From: Lobosporangium transversale
Lineage: Eukaryota
DNA: 64,000 bases
NCBI RefSeq assembly: GCF_002105155.1
Contig: NW_019029001.1
Location: forward strand, 248,001 to 312,000
Direction of reading: 5' to 3'
A program made the translations under genes and the position numbers. The notes beneath the pieces are model-generated. The model ran no database searches, had not been told where the DNA came from, and saw only the letters and a program-made list of their open reading frames with translations. Position 1 is the first letter of the stretch, and each line of letters opens with the position of its first letter. Positions 40,594-52,836 of the stretch are shown here, piece after piece.

Positions 40594-41116
40594 TGTCAAG
40601 GACTGACAGGACGAGTGCAAGAGAAGGTAAGTGATTTAGGAACAAGAATGAACTTAGGAGATTCAAGAATAGTTTTATTGCAGACTGAGGTTTACTATGT
40701 TACAAATCTATCATATTTATACTTGTTTGACTGAAGCGGAGACGCGCTTCAAGAACTCTAAATAAAGCTTACTCAAATATTTCCTAAGGACTTTTACCAT
40801 ATGCGGAACTCCAAGTGTTGAGTTAACTTAATACACAGGATCCGAGGAAGATATCTGGTGCAATCTTATTTCAAGGTTCCTTGGCACTATAAGTCTTGGT
40901 TATTGGTTTATAGCTCTTCTAGAATCCTTGGAGCTATTCACGGAGCTAGAAAACTAGGAGACGCGACTTGGCTTGACAGGCAAACTATGCATGGAGGAAT
41001 GAGTGAAGGAAATGAGCGGAACAAATTAATCAAGCACACGTGATCTTTTTCAGATTCGAATCAGACAAAAGTCATTCATCAATTCATGAGCTAGACATTG
41101 CTTGCTGTTCGTGACA
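40594..41116. mobile_element. Solo LTR (523 bp)
   Basis: TGTCA...TGACA termini with a perfect 5-bp TSD catag (40589-93 and 41117-21); TATA-like and AATAAA motifs on the minus strand. Confidence 0.85.
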
Positions 41117-41179
41117 CATAGGCATTGATCTCCAAATGGCACCTCCAAAACTGTATGAGCGACCTACTTGAAAAAAAAA

Positions 41180-41312
41180 AAAAAAAAGTCATTAGTTTTC
41201 TAAATGAGACAAGACAATGTCACTACACATAACTATGACGTAGAAGACGGGAGCTTTATTAATTTAAAGTATGAGCGTTATATACAAATACGGTTCCTAG
41301 GAATGAAAAAAA
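41180..41312. repeat. Diverged fragment of the Tc1 element TIR
   Basis: Aligns with 54290-54420 (gtcattag..aaatgagacaag..actatgacgtagaagacgggagctttattaa..tacggtt.ctaggaatgaaaaa). Confidence 0.75.
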
Positions 41313-41938
41313 AAAAAAAAAAAAAAAAAAAGCAAATAACGCTGGGTAGGCTGCCATATAGATTGTGAAACGAAATTGCTCACCTGTGTCCATTCAGATG
41401 GACACAGGCGGACACAGGTGGACACAGAAGGATACCAAGTCACAAAATTTTTATATTTCGCTTCACAAATCTTTTTCCACAAAATGGATTTGTGAAGCGA
41501 AATAGACAAAATCTTTTTATGGTAGAGACAGTGTTAATGATTAAACATGACAGTTTTTATATTGATGAAGTATTCAATTATTTCTGTTATAGTGCGTTGG
41601 TAGCCGAGTCGAGTCAAAAATGCTTTGATAGTGCTTTGATGGTGTTTTGTCTTGTTAATAATGTTGACGATAATGCTTTTTCCTGGATGATACTTATGCT
41701 AAACACCTTGGAATATCACAAATTTCACGACAATGGATTGCTTGTACATTGTATTTTCTCAGCCTCTTTTGGCTCAAGGATGCAGCCAACAGTTTTCTGC
41801 CTCTTGTAGCTCAGTTCATGTCTTGGTATTTCCGACACCATCACTACTTTGTGCTTTATTGCTTAAATTTGTATCCGAGGATATATATATATGTATATAT
41901 AAAAAAAAAAAAGAAAAAAAAAAATTACCCTTACTCAT

Positions 41939-44353
41939 CTACTCGTCCGCATCTTGGTGGCAGCCTTCGTCATTCCCGGTGTCTTTCAGAAGCTCTAGTC
42001 GAATGGAATTGATTGTCCGACCCTTGTACTGAGCTGTCAGTGCGTCTACTACCTCTTCGAAGTCTCGCTTCTGTTTTTCGGCAATATTCTTTATCAGATC
42101 GAAAATTTGACGCCTGCGCCTGAATGCCTTGTGACGCGCCTCTGTGAATGGCCATTTGTGATTTTCCTGCTTTGCCTGAGCAACGGGCCCACGGAATTCA
42201 TCCCATGCTTCCCTGACCGTCAATTGCTTGCCATCGCCTTTCATGAGGTAGCCTTTATACCTTTCATCTTCCGGCAATCGTTGTGTCTGCTCTGAGGTCA
42301 TTGGAGCCTGCACATGGCTATGTTGATATGGCTGTTGCTGAGGACATGGTGGCAATTGGTTGGAAAATAATGGCTGCTGTTGCGGTGGAGTGGCCTGGCG
42401 AGCTTGATATAGACCCTGCGTAGTAGGAGCCTGAGGAACCGAAGGAAAAGAAGCTAGGCGGCTCTGTGCTGGCGCCAATGGAGAAGGATTAAACACAAAG
42501 GGCGGGCAAGACTGCACATGATATGGAAAAGGCTGCCGCACATTTGCGCTTTGTTGCTGCTGCAGCGATTGGAGAAGTAAGTGGATTTGCTCCTGTTGCT
42601 GCCTCTGTTGCTCCTGTTGCTGCCTCTGTTGCTCCTGTTGCTCTGTCACAAGGGTGGATAGGGCCTCGAGCTTCTGGACCGTCTCATGCTGGAGTTGATG
42701 AAAGACCCGCGCCTCTACCGACAACGTGTTAATGGCGCTTACCATAGTTTGCGCATTAACTGGCACATCCGCTTGGATGATGCCTGCTTGTCGGCGATGT
42801 ACGTCGATGGCCCGAAGCAATTGATGTTGGAAATCCAGAAAGAGCTGGCAACCAAAGATTTCTGGTAACGACTCGAGGAGTTTGTTCTCCAACATTTTCC
42901 CCTTGTCGTTCGGCTTCAAAAAGAGCACTGCATCCTGAAGGATTACTCGCCTCATACGCACAAGAAGTTTGAGGAACCCAATGCGTGTAACAAGGGAGTC
43001 AGTGCTGAAGGCACGGGTCAATCGTTTCGAGCTCGTCTTCTTCTCGATTGGCGTCCAAAAAATGTCTTCGTCTGTCGGGACATTTGGATCGACCCCCAGC
43101 ATTTCTTTGGCGCACTCCTCTCTCCAGGAGTCAGCTCTCTCCGGCATATCTTTATCAAAATTTTCCTCAATCCAAGGAAAGACCAGACGCTGGAGCTCTA
43201 AGGGCGGGGTGACCAAATCACGCTCGATAAAGTAAGGCTCATTCGGTCCAAACTGAGCCATACAAAAAGCGCCCCTGGTTGGGTTTTTTGGAGCATAGAA
43301 GTTCTCCATTTGCCCCATGACCCACCTTCCCAAGTGGCGAATATCGTCCAGGCTTAAGCCTCTTTCGTAGGCTTCCGAGACCCCTGCATGTCGGCCAGAG
43401 TGCGTAATTTTGGCCGAATGCACGTCGCAGGCACGCATTACAGCCGCCGTAGTGCTCATTTGGGTTCGGCCAACAAGCGCTTCCTTTCGGTTCTCTAACC
43501 GTTCTTGGCTTGTTCCACCCCCTGTTAGCACCTTGATGCTGTACCACTCGTCAGGGTCCGCAAAATTGGGAAGAGGCTCCTTGAACACCTACAATAGGGA
43601 AAAAAAAAAAATAAGGATATATGTCACTTTGTGTAATTGAATGAGAAAAAATCATACGCTCGCGTCAAGACTGACGGCATCATTTACCTGGAACCGTTCT
43701 AGCATATAAAATGCAAACCCGCCCACGGTGCACCTTAAGAACAGCTTATGTCGATAAGCTGTCGCATAGAGTTCGACACCTTTATGGTTTGTCTTTCCAC
43801 GTGTGATGCAGAAGACAAGCCCCGACGCCAGCTTTGACCCTGGCGCGGGGTGACGGGTCTGAATATTGAATGTGTTAGCCAGGTTCAAGTTTCGGATGTC
43901 CTCATCCCGCAGCAACATATGATGGCGTGCAAGGAGGCATAGCCTCTCCCTCATATACTGAAATCTTGTAACACTGTCGTAAGGTCGCCTGCCGCTTACT
44001 CCAACCGTCGGAAGCATGCGCCATGTAAAGGCCAACATACGCAGGTACATTTTAGTGTTGTAAGGTTCTCGTACGGCACAGGTGGCAGTGCGGGATAAGG
44101 TGCCTGTCGTTACTTTGTGATGGACAAGTTTCTCTCCATAATTTTTGATCGCCTCCGCTAGTGGTACATCCGTTCTTGGGTTTGGGGCGGGATTGGGATA
44201 CGGAGCTGTCGAAGAAGACTGTTGCCTCCATAAGTATTGCAAAGCCTTCTTAACATTTGCGACTGTCCCCAGCGTGAGAGGAACAAAGACAATTTTGCTG
44301 CCATGTTTGTCCTCTGGTGCTTGCAGGATAACTACAAACGCAAAAGTATATCC

Positions 44354-44384
<31 letters not shown>

Positions 44385-45798
44385 TTGTATATATAATAAA
44401 AAGTATCAACCATTAGTGTAAATTGTAACAATCAAAGATACATTAAGGTGGATGCAGGATTAAGGAATGGTTTATTAAGTCATAATTTAGTAGGCTATTT
44501 ATATTGATAATTAACACTGAGTTGCGGCCATGGTGTCTTGTCACCTGGGGTACGCGTGATGGCGGAGCCTTCCCAAAGGTTTGGATCCCAGTACTGTATA
44601 ACAATTTATATATTAATACATGGTTATCTTTACATACCTTGTTCTCTTTCATTTTCAGTCCTGATAACGGCTGCAGTCTTCCGCTTCGGCGTGATGTTCT
44701 TGCTTGAACCCCCAACAGTTACAGCTTCATGTGATGCTCGCTCCTCATCATTCAATGCTATATCAATCTGCCATTGATGTGGGTCGACTCCTTCAGGTGG
44801 CTCCATATTATCCCAGGAGGGAGGAGCCTTCTTACCTCTCTGTGCCAATGACCTCAGCTGAAGCTCCAGATCTTCATCCTGTTCCTGTTCCTGTCCTTGT
44901 TCCTGTCCCTGTCCCTGACCCTGTCTCCGTTCCTGATCCTGTTCCTGACCCTGTCCCTGACCCTGTCCCTGTTGTTGACCTTGGTCTATGCTTTGGCCGT
45001 CGTCGTCATCAACTTGCTCGCTGTTATCTAATGTCTCCAGTCTCTGCTCCATGTCGCTTAGTTCATGTTCGTCGATATCTGCCTCGACTAATTCGTCGAT
45101 CTCTTCTCCCTCATAGACTGCGTCTTCCCCAGCCTGAGAATTCGAAGAATCTCCTCCACCCTGCTGGGCATACCCAATAGCGCCACGGTAGCAACGATCT
45201 GTGCCGATCAATCGCTTTACTGTTCGCTTGAAGACAACCGTTGTGAAGTATTCAAGCATGCGTTTCGCATCGACGCTACAGTCACCTTGATAATTTTCAT
45301 TGCAGTATTGCTAAAAACAAAAAAGAGAATTAGCCAAGTCGTCTAGTTTGATAGCCTGTCTGAGATAGCTCATAGCGACATTTTGATGATCCAACATACC
45401 TCCCACAGCCGGAGCTGTGTCTTATATTGATTCACTGTCGTCGATGAATCTGGATCATCTAAAATCATCTGCAGCACACTTCTCGCCGACTCCTTCCGTG
45501 CGTTCGCCAGGGCCAGCTCTTCTTCTGTCAATGGACCGGAGTGAAGGACATTTGAGGATAAAGAATCAGCCTCACAACGCCTAGGGCGCTTAAAAGACTT
45601 TGCACTAACTCTAGCAGTCTGTGCCACTGGTGAAGGCTCTGGAGTCGTTTCGTCAGTCAGAATAACTCTTTTTCTCCTCGGTGCTGCACGAGTGGATCCA
45701 GTGCGAGTACTTGACTTGGTTGGCTTCGTCTGACTGGTGCTTTGTTCCAAATCCATGCAGGTGAAATTGGATAAAATCTTTTCGTTGTTGTTTGTCAT
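41939..45798 (-). mobile_element. Crypton-type tyrosine recombinase gene (Ndc10-like YR domain + GCR1_C-like C-terminus), multi-exon
   Basis: Catalytic set R (LLRDEDIR), K (RGKTN), HxxR (HSGRH), W (LGRW) and Y (ENFY); C-terminal TVREAWDEF..KAFRRRRQIFDLI. Exon structure at 44330-44700 is unresolved and element ends were not found. Confidence 0.85.
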
Positions 45799-46199
45799 TT
45801 TGAAAGTGAGCAAGCAGGAATGAACCTTTGAAAATGCGAATGTGCCGTTATTTTTCTCAGTTTTAGTCAGGGGAGAGGGCAAGTCTACTCTGTGTATTGT
45901 AGGTTTTATTGTTTTATTGTGTATATGAATGTATGGAGGAATGAAGGCGTAAAATAAAGAAGAAAGAAAGAGATCTTTAGCATGCCATGATGACATTGTT
46001 AAAATTTCGATGGATTTGATGTCAATTCAAATTTCAGGACAAGTGTCGGAGTAAAAGCCACAAAACGGACACATGTCTTGTACGTACAGACATGAAACAT
46101 AATACCCTTAAATGGAAAAAGGGCTGGATTTGGCATCATAATCCATTATAGATTAATCCTAATAAAAAAGCCAGAAATATCTTAAAAGATATCATCTTA

Positions 46200-46273
46200 T
46201 GTTTGTACTCGGACTCGAACCGAGGACCGTCTGTGTGTTAGACAGACGTGATAACCAACTACACCATACAAAC
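46200..46273 (-). tRNA. tRNA-Val(AAC)
   Basis: GTTTGTA/TACAAAC acceptor stem, D arm TGGTGTAGTTGGTTATCAC, anticodon arm TCTGT-CTAACAC-ACAGA, T arm CTCGG-TTCGAGT-CCGAG. Confidence 0.95.
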
Positions 46274-46289
46274 ATCTTGATGCGGTGTT

Positions 46290-49200
46290 TGTCTGTCCTA
46301 AATCGAGGCAACTTAAGCTCACGTCCTATAACAAGTGACGTCATGGTAGGTAGGACCAGAGGTATACCTATAGTGGTACCCTCAAACCCACCCCGTCCTG
46401 CCTGGACGTGAGCTCAGCCACCCGATCTTCCCCGCTATAATAAATAGTGGACTCTCCGTCCCTGAAGTGTTCCTTACCTTTATCTTGGTACAACACTTCA
46501 GGTATGCAACCTCATTCATCTCAGCACTAGTTACTTGTATAGTATTATATGTATCATAAACTAATAAAGACCTTTATCTTGGTACAACACTTCAGTGTGT
46601 TCTATGTATTTGCGTCTCGTTGCGGTTTTTAAGGGCATCTCAGTATAACCCCCCGGTTCTTAAGACAGTGATTTTTTCAATGGTAGCAAAGGCACCACGG
46701 TCTTAACGAGCCCAATAATCAACGATCAGTCCACAGTTTTTTTTTTGGTCGCACAGTTTTTATTTGTCAACAGTTTTATTTGTCCACAGTTATTTGTCCG
46801 TAATTCGGTTACACAGTTTACAAATAGTTTATGGTGGTTTTTAGCCCACCAAGTGATACAGAATCGGAATCAAGTTATACCACGGCAGAAATGGATGCAG
46901 CAGAGATATTTGCACAGCGTCAGCAACAGTTGCAGCAGGCCTCGAGTGAGGAGCTCGCGCGAAGAGTCGAGGAGCTCACTAGGCAACTCGAGTTCGCCAA
47001 TAATCAATTGGCCTCAGCACCAGCGCCCCCGGCAGTAAGCCGATGGCTGGACCCTCACAGGCCAGCCCCGCAGTTTGCCGCTCAGACCTCTACTTTCTCG
47101 GGGCACGAAGTCGCCTTCGACCTTGATGCTTGGCTCAAGTTCATCGAGCTGCAGTTCCGGAGTCAGACGTGGCCGGACAACAAGAAAGTTCCCAGTTTTG
47201 TCACCATCCTCAAGGGAGGTGCTCTGTCGTGGGCCCTCCAATATATCGATGACAAGGGCGAAGACATCGGTTGGGATGCGTTCAAGGAAGACTTCGTTAA
47301 GAGATGGACGCAGACCCATCTTTCACAGAACCTGAGGGCCCAGTTAGACGGGCTAAAGATGGAGAAAGACGAGGCCCTAATCAGCTTCATGAGCAGATAC
47401 GTAGCGTTAGCCAACAAAATCCATGACAAGTCTACAATGGACAAGAAGTTGGAGTTAGCCAGAAAACTCCCACAATATATCCGAAACAAACTTGTTGATA
47501 TCATGAGGCCTGAGGATTCGCTCGAGACCTTCACTCACAAGATTGCCTTGAAGGATCAAGACCTGTCGGCCTTCAGATCCCTCACCAGTGGCCATGCGGG
47601 GGGAAACCCAGTCCATGGCAGTCGTAACCTTGGGTTTAGGTCGCAGTCCTTCGCTAGTACTAATGCCGACGCCCCCAGGTCCAGTGTGCCAAGTGCGCCA
47701 GACATGTCCATGGATTTGGACCATGTCCGGCAGCGTTTCACGGAGGAAGAGCTTGAGGTTGCGGCCATGCAGACTCGCCAGCATAGTGAGGGTCGAAAGT
47801 GCTTCCACTGTGGCAAGAACGGCCATATCAAAGCAAACTGTCCAGATAGAAGTAAGCCGCGATGCTACGGCTGTGGGATCCCTGGACATAGAATAGAGTA
47901 CTGCCCTGGCAATAAAGGTCGCAATTCTTCATCGTATATTTTACAGTCCTATCACCTAAAGAATGGCAATACCCCAGAAAATTATAAAGAGTTGAAGCGG
48001 CCGGTGCACGAAGTACGCGCAAAGGTCGGAACCTTAGGGGCACGCGTGCTGATCGACTCCGGTGCTTCCGGTAACTTCGTCTGCTCTGAATTCATAAGGG
48101 ATCTCAAGAAGGAAGACTACCGTTTACTACCCTTACCTAAACCAGTCAGGATCCTGATGGCTCGTGGCCAGAGCTCTGTCTCGTCAACCACGGCTACTCT
48201 TGCTCTCAGTATGGGCGACGAGGTAATGAGAGAAACGGGAGCCGTCGTTGATAATTTGAGATACGATATCATCCTAGGGCAACCCTGGCTGCGAAAGTGG
48301 GAACCCGCAGGTAAATTGGCGTACTGGAATATACAAATGGCAAGGTCGAAAAGGTTGGCAGGCGATACGCAGCGTAAGGGAGGAAAATAATGGCCAGCTG
48401 GCTTCAAATATTGAATCTACCGGGGCGAGCGACAATAAGAGCGTTAAGGAAACTGCAGAAAGGACAATGGAAGGAGACGTCATAGAAAGTGTCGCAGAGA
48501 CAGTGGCAGGCACAGACGAACTGTGGAATACGACAGTAAGAGAGGGCGAGGAAGCAACAATGGGAAATGTGAAGAGCGATGGAATGGAGCAAGTAGAAAT
48601 GGTGAAAGCAAATGAGGAGACAAAAAATGGGGAATCTACAGAAAAAGAAAAAGATCATCTGATCTCAACCTCTGCAGAGCATGAGGCCAAGAACCGTACA
48701 GACGTTCGCCTCGTCGGAGTGAAGCATTTCAAGAAGATCCTGAATACTACAGAGGATTATGGAGTTTGCTTTATCAGTGGGGACGAAGTAGAGTTAGTGG
48801 TCAATTCCGTTGACGCCGCCGGTGAGGAGCAGAAAAGGTCCCAGAGAGATACCGCGCGCTGATAGAGGAATTCGCAGACTCCGTCTTCGCCGACTTGAAC
48901 AAACTTCCCCCACACCGTCACGTTGATCATCGCATCGAGACTGGCTCGGCCCTCCCTATCGCCATGCCGGTGCGGAGGATGTCGCCTGAGGAACTGGATG
49001 CATTAAAGGAGCAATTAGAAGAGCTGCAGAAGAAAGGCTTCATTCGGCCCAGTATTTCCCCTTGGTCAGCGCCCGTTGTATTCGCTAGGAAGAAAGACGG
49101 AAGCCTCCGTCTGTGTGTAGACTACCGCGCGCTCAATGCAATTACCGTCAAGAATAAGTACCCTCTGCCACTCATTGATGAATTCTTCGACCGACTCTCA

Positions 49201-52200
49201 GGTGCAAACCGAGTTTTCTAAACTCGATTTGCAATCAGGCTTCAATCAGATTCGAGTCAACCCCAGCGACGTGGAAAAGACCGCTTTTGGTACCCGCTAT
49301 GGTCACTTTGAATATTTGGTGATGCCTTTTGGTTTGATTAACGCACCTGCGTCCTTCCAGGGGATGATGAATGAAGTTCTGCAAGGCGTCTAGATAAATT
49401 TTGTTTAGTCTTCATGGATGATATCCTAGTATTCAGTCGCAACCCTGAGGACCATAAGGAACATTTGCGTTGGGTACTTGAACGTCTGGCGAAATATCAA
49501 CTCAAGGTCAAGATGTCCAAATGCGAATTCGGCAAGCCTGAACTCCTCTTCTTAGGCCACGTTGTGAGCGGTGAAGGCTTGAAAGTCGACCCCTCAAAGA
49601 CAGAAAGCATCCAATCATTGACGGCGCCCACCAATGTTCAAGAGGTTCGTCGATTTTTAGGTATGGCTGGCTACTACCGCAAATTTATTAAAAATTATGC
49701 CTCTCGGGCCGCTCCCCTCAGAGATCTCACAAAAGAAAAAGACAACAACAAAATCAAGACCAGACCTCTCCCCTCGCCGTGGGGCGAGAGAGAACAAGCT
49801 GCCTTCGACGACCTCAAGCAAGCCCTCGCCTCAGCTCCCGTTCTACGCCTTGCCGATTTTTCTCGCCCCTTTTTCATCGAGACTGATGCGTCCCTCACTG
49901 CCATTGGTGCCGTCCTGAGTCAGGACTTTGGTTCAAACGGCCGGAAGGAAATGCACCCTATCGCTTTCATGTCGAGGAAATTAGATGAGGGTCAGCAGAA
50001 ATGGCCAACACATGAGCGCGAATTGTATGCAATTGTGCGCGCTTGCGACGAATGGCGTACTTATATCCAGGGCAGAACAGTCAACATTTTGACCGACAAT
50101 CACAGTTTGGTGTTCTTAAAACGACAAAAAGGCATGAGCAGACGCATGGCGGGATGGAGCCAACACATGGAGCAACAAGATCATGTTATCATCTATCGTC
50201 CGGGCAAGGATAATCCTGTTGCCGATGCTCTTTCTAGGCCTAATGAGGAGAATACCAAGGACGTCACCTGCAACTTCATGGAACTCGCCAACGGGGGAGC
50301 TCGGAATAAAAGAGAGTAACCACGACGCAGGTGTTGAGGCGTTCGAGGAGGCATTATTGATGGCCATGCAGAGTTTGACGAGACACTGGAAGATATGGAT
50401 TGGCCTCTATTAATGGTCGAGTATAAGGAAACGGGCACCCTCGCTGACCCCGCACACCAGGACTTCCTAGGTTTAATGAGGGAGGAAGAGGATAATTTTG
50501 TGGTGGAAGACGGGAAAGTGTTTAGAGTGATGGGTGATACGCAAGTAGAATTTTTAAATTTCGCTCGGCGCGCAGATTACATGGCCAAAATGCATGAAAG
50601 TATGGGACACCCCGGTGCGCAAGGCTTATTTGAACGCATCCAGCCTAGATATTGGTGGCCTCGTATGCGTGAGAGCATTCAAGAAGCATGCCGTACTTGC
50701 AAGGAATGCCAGCTGACTCGCGGAGGAGCAACGGTCACCGAACCTCTCCACACTTTCTCGGTGGCTAAACCCTTCCAACGCTGGGATATCGATTTCATCG
50801 GACGCTGTCCCAAGACTAAGAATGGAAACATGTGGATAATAGTCGCTGTAGATTACGCCACTAGCTGGACAATAGCCAAAGCTACGCCTGACGCCACTGC
50901 CGAGACAGTCTCAAATTTCATTTATGAGGAAATTGTCATGAACTTTGGTTGCCCCGCAGAGCTGATTTCCGATAGAGGCAGTCAGTTCATGTCAGAGGTC
51001 CTGCGAGAATATCTTAAGAAGATGAAAGTTAAACACCGGCTCACCTCCGCGTATCACCCGCGCACAAATGGCAAAACCGAACGCACTAATGGCATCCTCG
51101 GCGCCGCATTAACAAAATACGTCGGTGATAAGATGAAGCACAAGTGGGACCTCTTTCTAGATCAGGCACTTTTCGCCTGCCGCACCAGAATACATAGCGT
51201 ATCTAAGAAGTCACCATTCTACCTAGTCTATGGAGTCGAGCCCACGATACCTGGCGACCTCACTCGTCCTTATGTATTCGATGGAGCGGTTTTCACAGAG
51301 GTTCAAGCCGCGAGAGAGGCCGAGCTTGAAAGATTGAAACTTGAGAGGCTATCAAACGAGGAGCGGCAACAGGAAGCCGCAAGGCTCATGGAGGAAAGGT
51401 ATAATGAGAGACATGACATCGACCCCGAAGCTCCGAGGCAAGTGTACGAGATTGGCGACTGGGTTTTAGTAAAAAACATAGCGAAAAGGAAATTTGAATA
51501 CCCTTGGTATGGACCATTGCGTGTCGAGACGATTACCCCTTTTGGCGCCTACAAGCTTATCTGGCCCGATGGAAAAGCGAAAATGGACCTTGTGCATAAA
51601 GACCGTCTGAAACCAGTGAATCTACCCGCGGGTAGTCCAGAACCGACGCGCGCATGGTATAAAACCCGCAACAGTCGCGATGAACTCACCATCCCCATGG
51701 AGACCATTCAAGAAGAAGACGAGCGAGGGCCTCAGTCGGAGCCAGAAGTAGGTACAGCAGTGCAACCCATACCCCTCGAAGGTTCATCGCGTACAACGGC
51801 CCCATCATCATCAGCAAGGCCCGCAGCTACCGCATCGCCCCCTCCTGCGCGACCACCACGTTCCCTCTCAAGGCCCAATCCAAAGATTGACGCCGCAGGG
51901 GCGGCTTGGATTTCTCGTGGGGAGTCTGTCCTAAATCGAGGCAACTTAAGCTCACGTCCTATAACAAGTGACGTCATGGTAGGTAGGACCAGAGGTATAC
52001 CTATAGTGGTACCCTCAAACCCACCCCGTCCTGCCTGGACGTGAGCTCAGCCACCCGATCTTCCCCGCTATAATAAATAGTGGACTCTCCGTCCCTGAAG
52101 TGTTCCTTACCTTTATCTTGGTACAACACTTCAGGTATGCAACCTCATTCATCTCAGCACTAGTTACTTGTATAGTATTATATGTATCATAAACTAATAA

Positions 52201-52312
52201 AGACCTTTATCTTGGTACAACACTTCAGTGTGTTCTATGTATTTGCGTCTCGTTGCGGTTTTTAAGGGCATCTCAGTATAACCCCCCGGTTCTTAAGACA
52301 GTGATTTTTTCA
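46290..52312 (+). mobile_element. Full-length Ty3/gypsy LTR retrotransposon; LTRs 46290-46679 and 51923-52312; pol disrupted
   Basis: 390-bp near-identical LTRs; PBS TGGTAGC at 46681 (tRNA-iMet-like); short purine tract before the 3' LTR; imperfect TSD gtgtt/gtgct; gag-PR-RT-RH-IN order. Confidence 0.93.
46831..52044 (+). pseudogene. gag-pol of the Ty3/gypsy element, broken by frameshifts and a stop
   Basis: Two CCHC knuckles, protease LIDSGAS, RT ([17 protein letters not shown]), RNase H (TDAS), integrase (HHCC, D-D-E) and a GPF/Y-like tail with no chromodomain. Frameshifts near 48310, 48840, 49210 and 50300; TAG at 49391. Confidence 0.9.
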
Positions 52313-52530
52313 GTGCTGAGTATCCTAGCCGATGATAAAGGGAGAAACCAGTGACCTGCACGTGCCCGATCAAGATACCCCAGCCACCGAGAACCCCCAC
52401 GTCTGTTTAACGCTTCTGGAGCATTTTGTTCATAGAGTGTAGAAAATAAATCCCCCATGACCCTGAGGGTCCTTGTTATCAAAAAAAAAAAAGGTCTGTT
52501 TACGCGCTGACGCCTAGAGAGGAGCCCAAT

Positions 52531-52612
52531 GTGCCCAATGGCTGAGTAGTATTCTCTTCAGGGCACCCCCCTGTCTAGCCCAGGGGCCGGGTTCGAGTCC
52601 TGGTTAAGGCAC
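52531..52612 (+). other. tRNA-derived sequence (Pol III A/B boxes); tRNA pseudogene or head of a SINE/LINE
   Basis: A-box-like TGGCTGAGTAG, T arm CCGGG-TTCGAGT-CCTGG, GTGCC/GGCAC terminal pairing; no canonical anticodon arm. Confidence 0.55.
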
Positions 52613-52836
52613 ATAAAGTGAAGCAAACATGTGCCAGGTCAGGGATTTGCTTGAGTTTTTATACTTTCTCTCCGAGACAGCCTAGTGTTCTCCGCTAAGG
52701 CTAAGATCGTGGGTGCACTACCCTAAGTCGCCTGTCTGGCCACACGTCTTAGGTATATATATTCCACCCCCCCGGCCGAACCAGCGGTACATCTGACAGC
52801 ACATTCTCTCATCCACCCACTTGACTAGGACAGCTA

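Noticed and set aside
52531..52612. Functional tRNA gene
   Set aside because: D and anticodon arms are non-canonical and the acceptor stem is imperfect.
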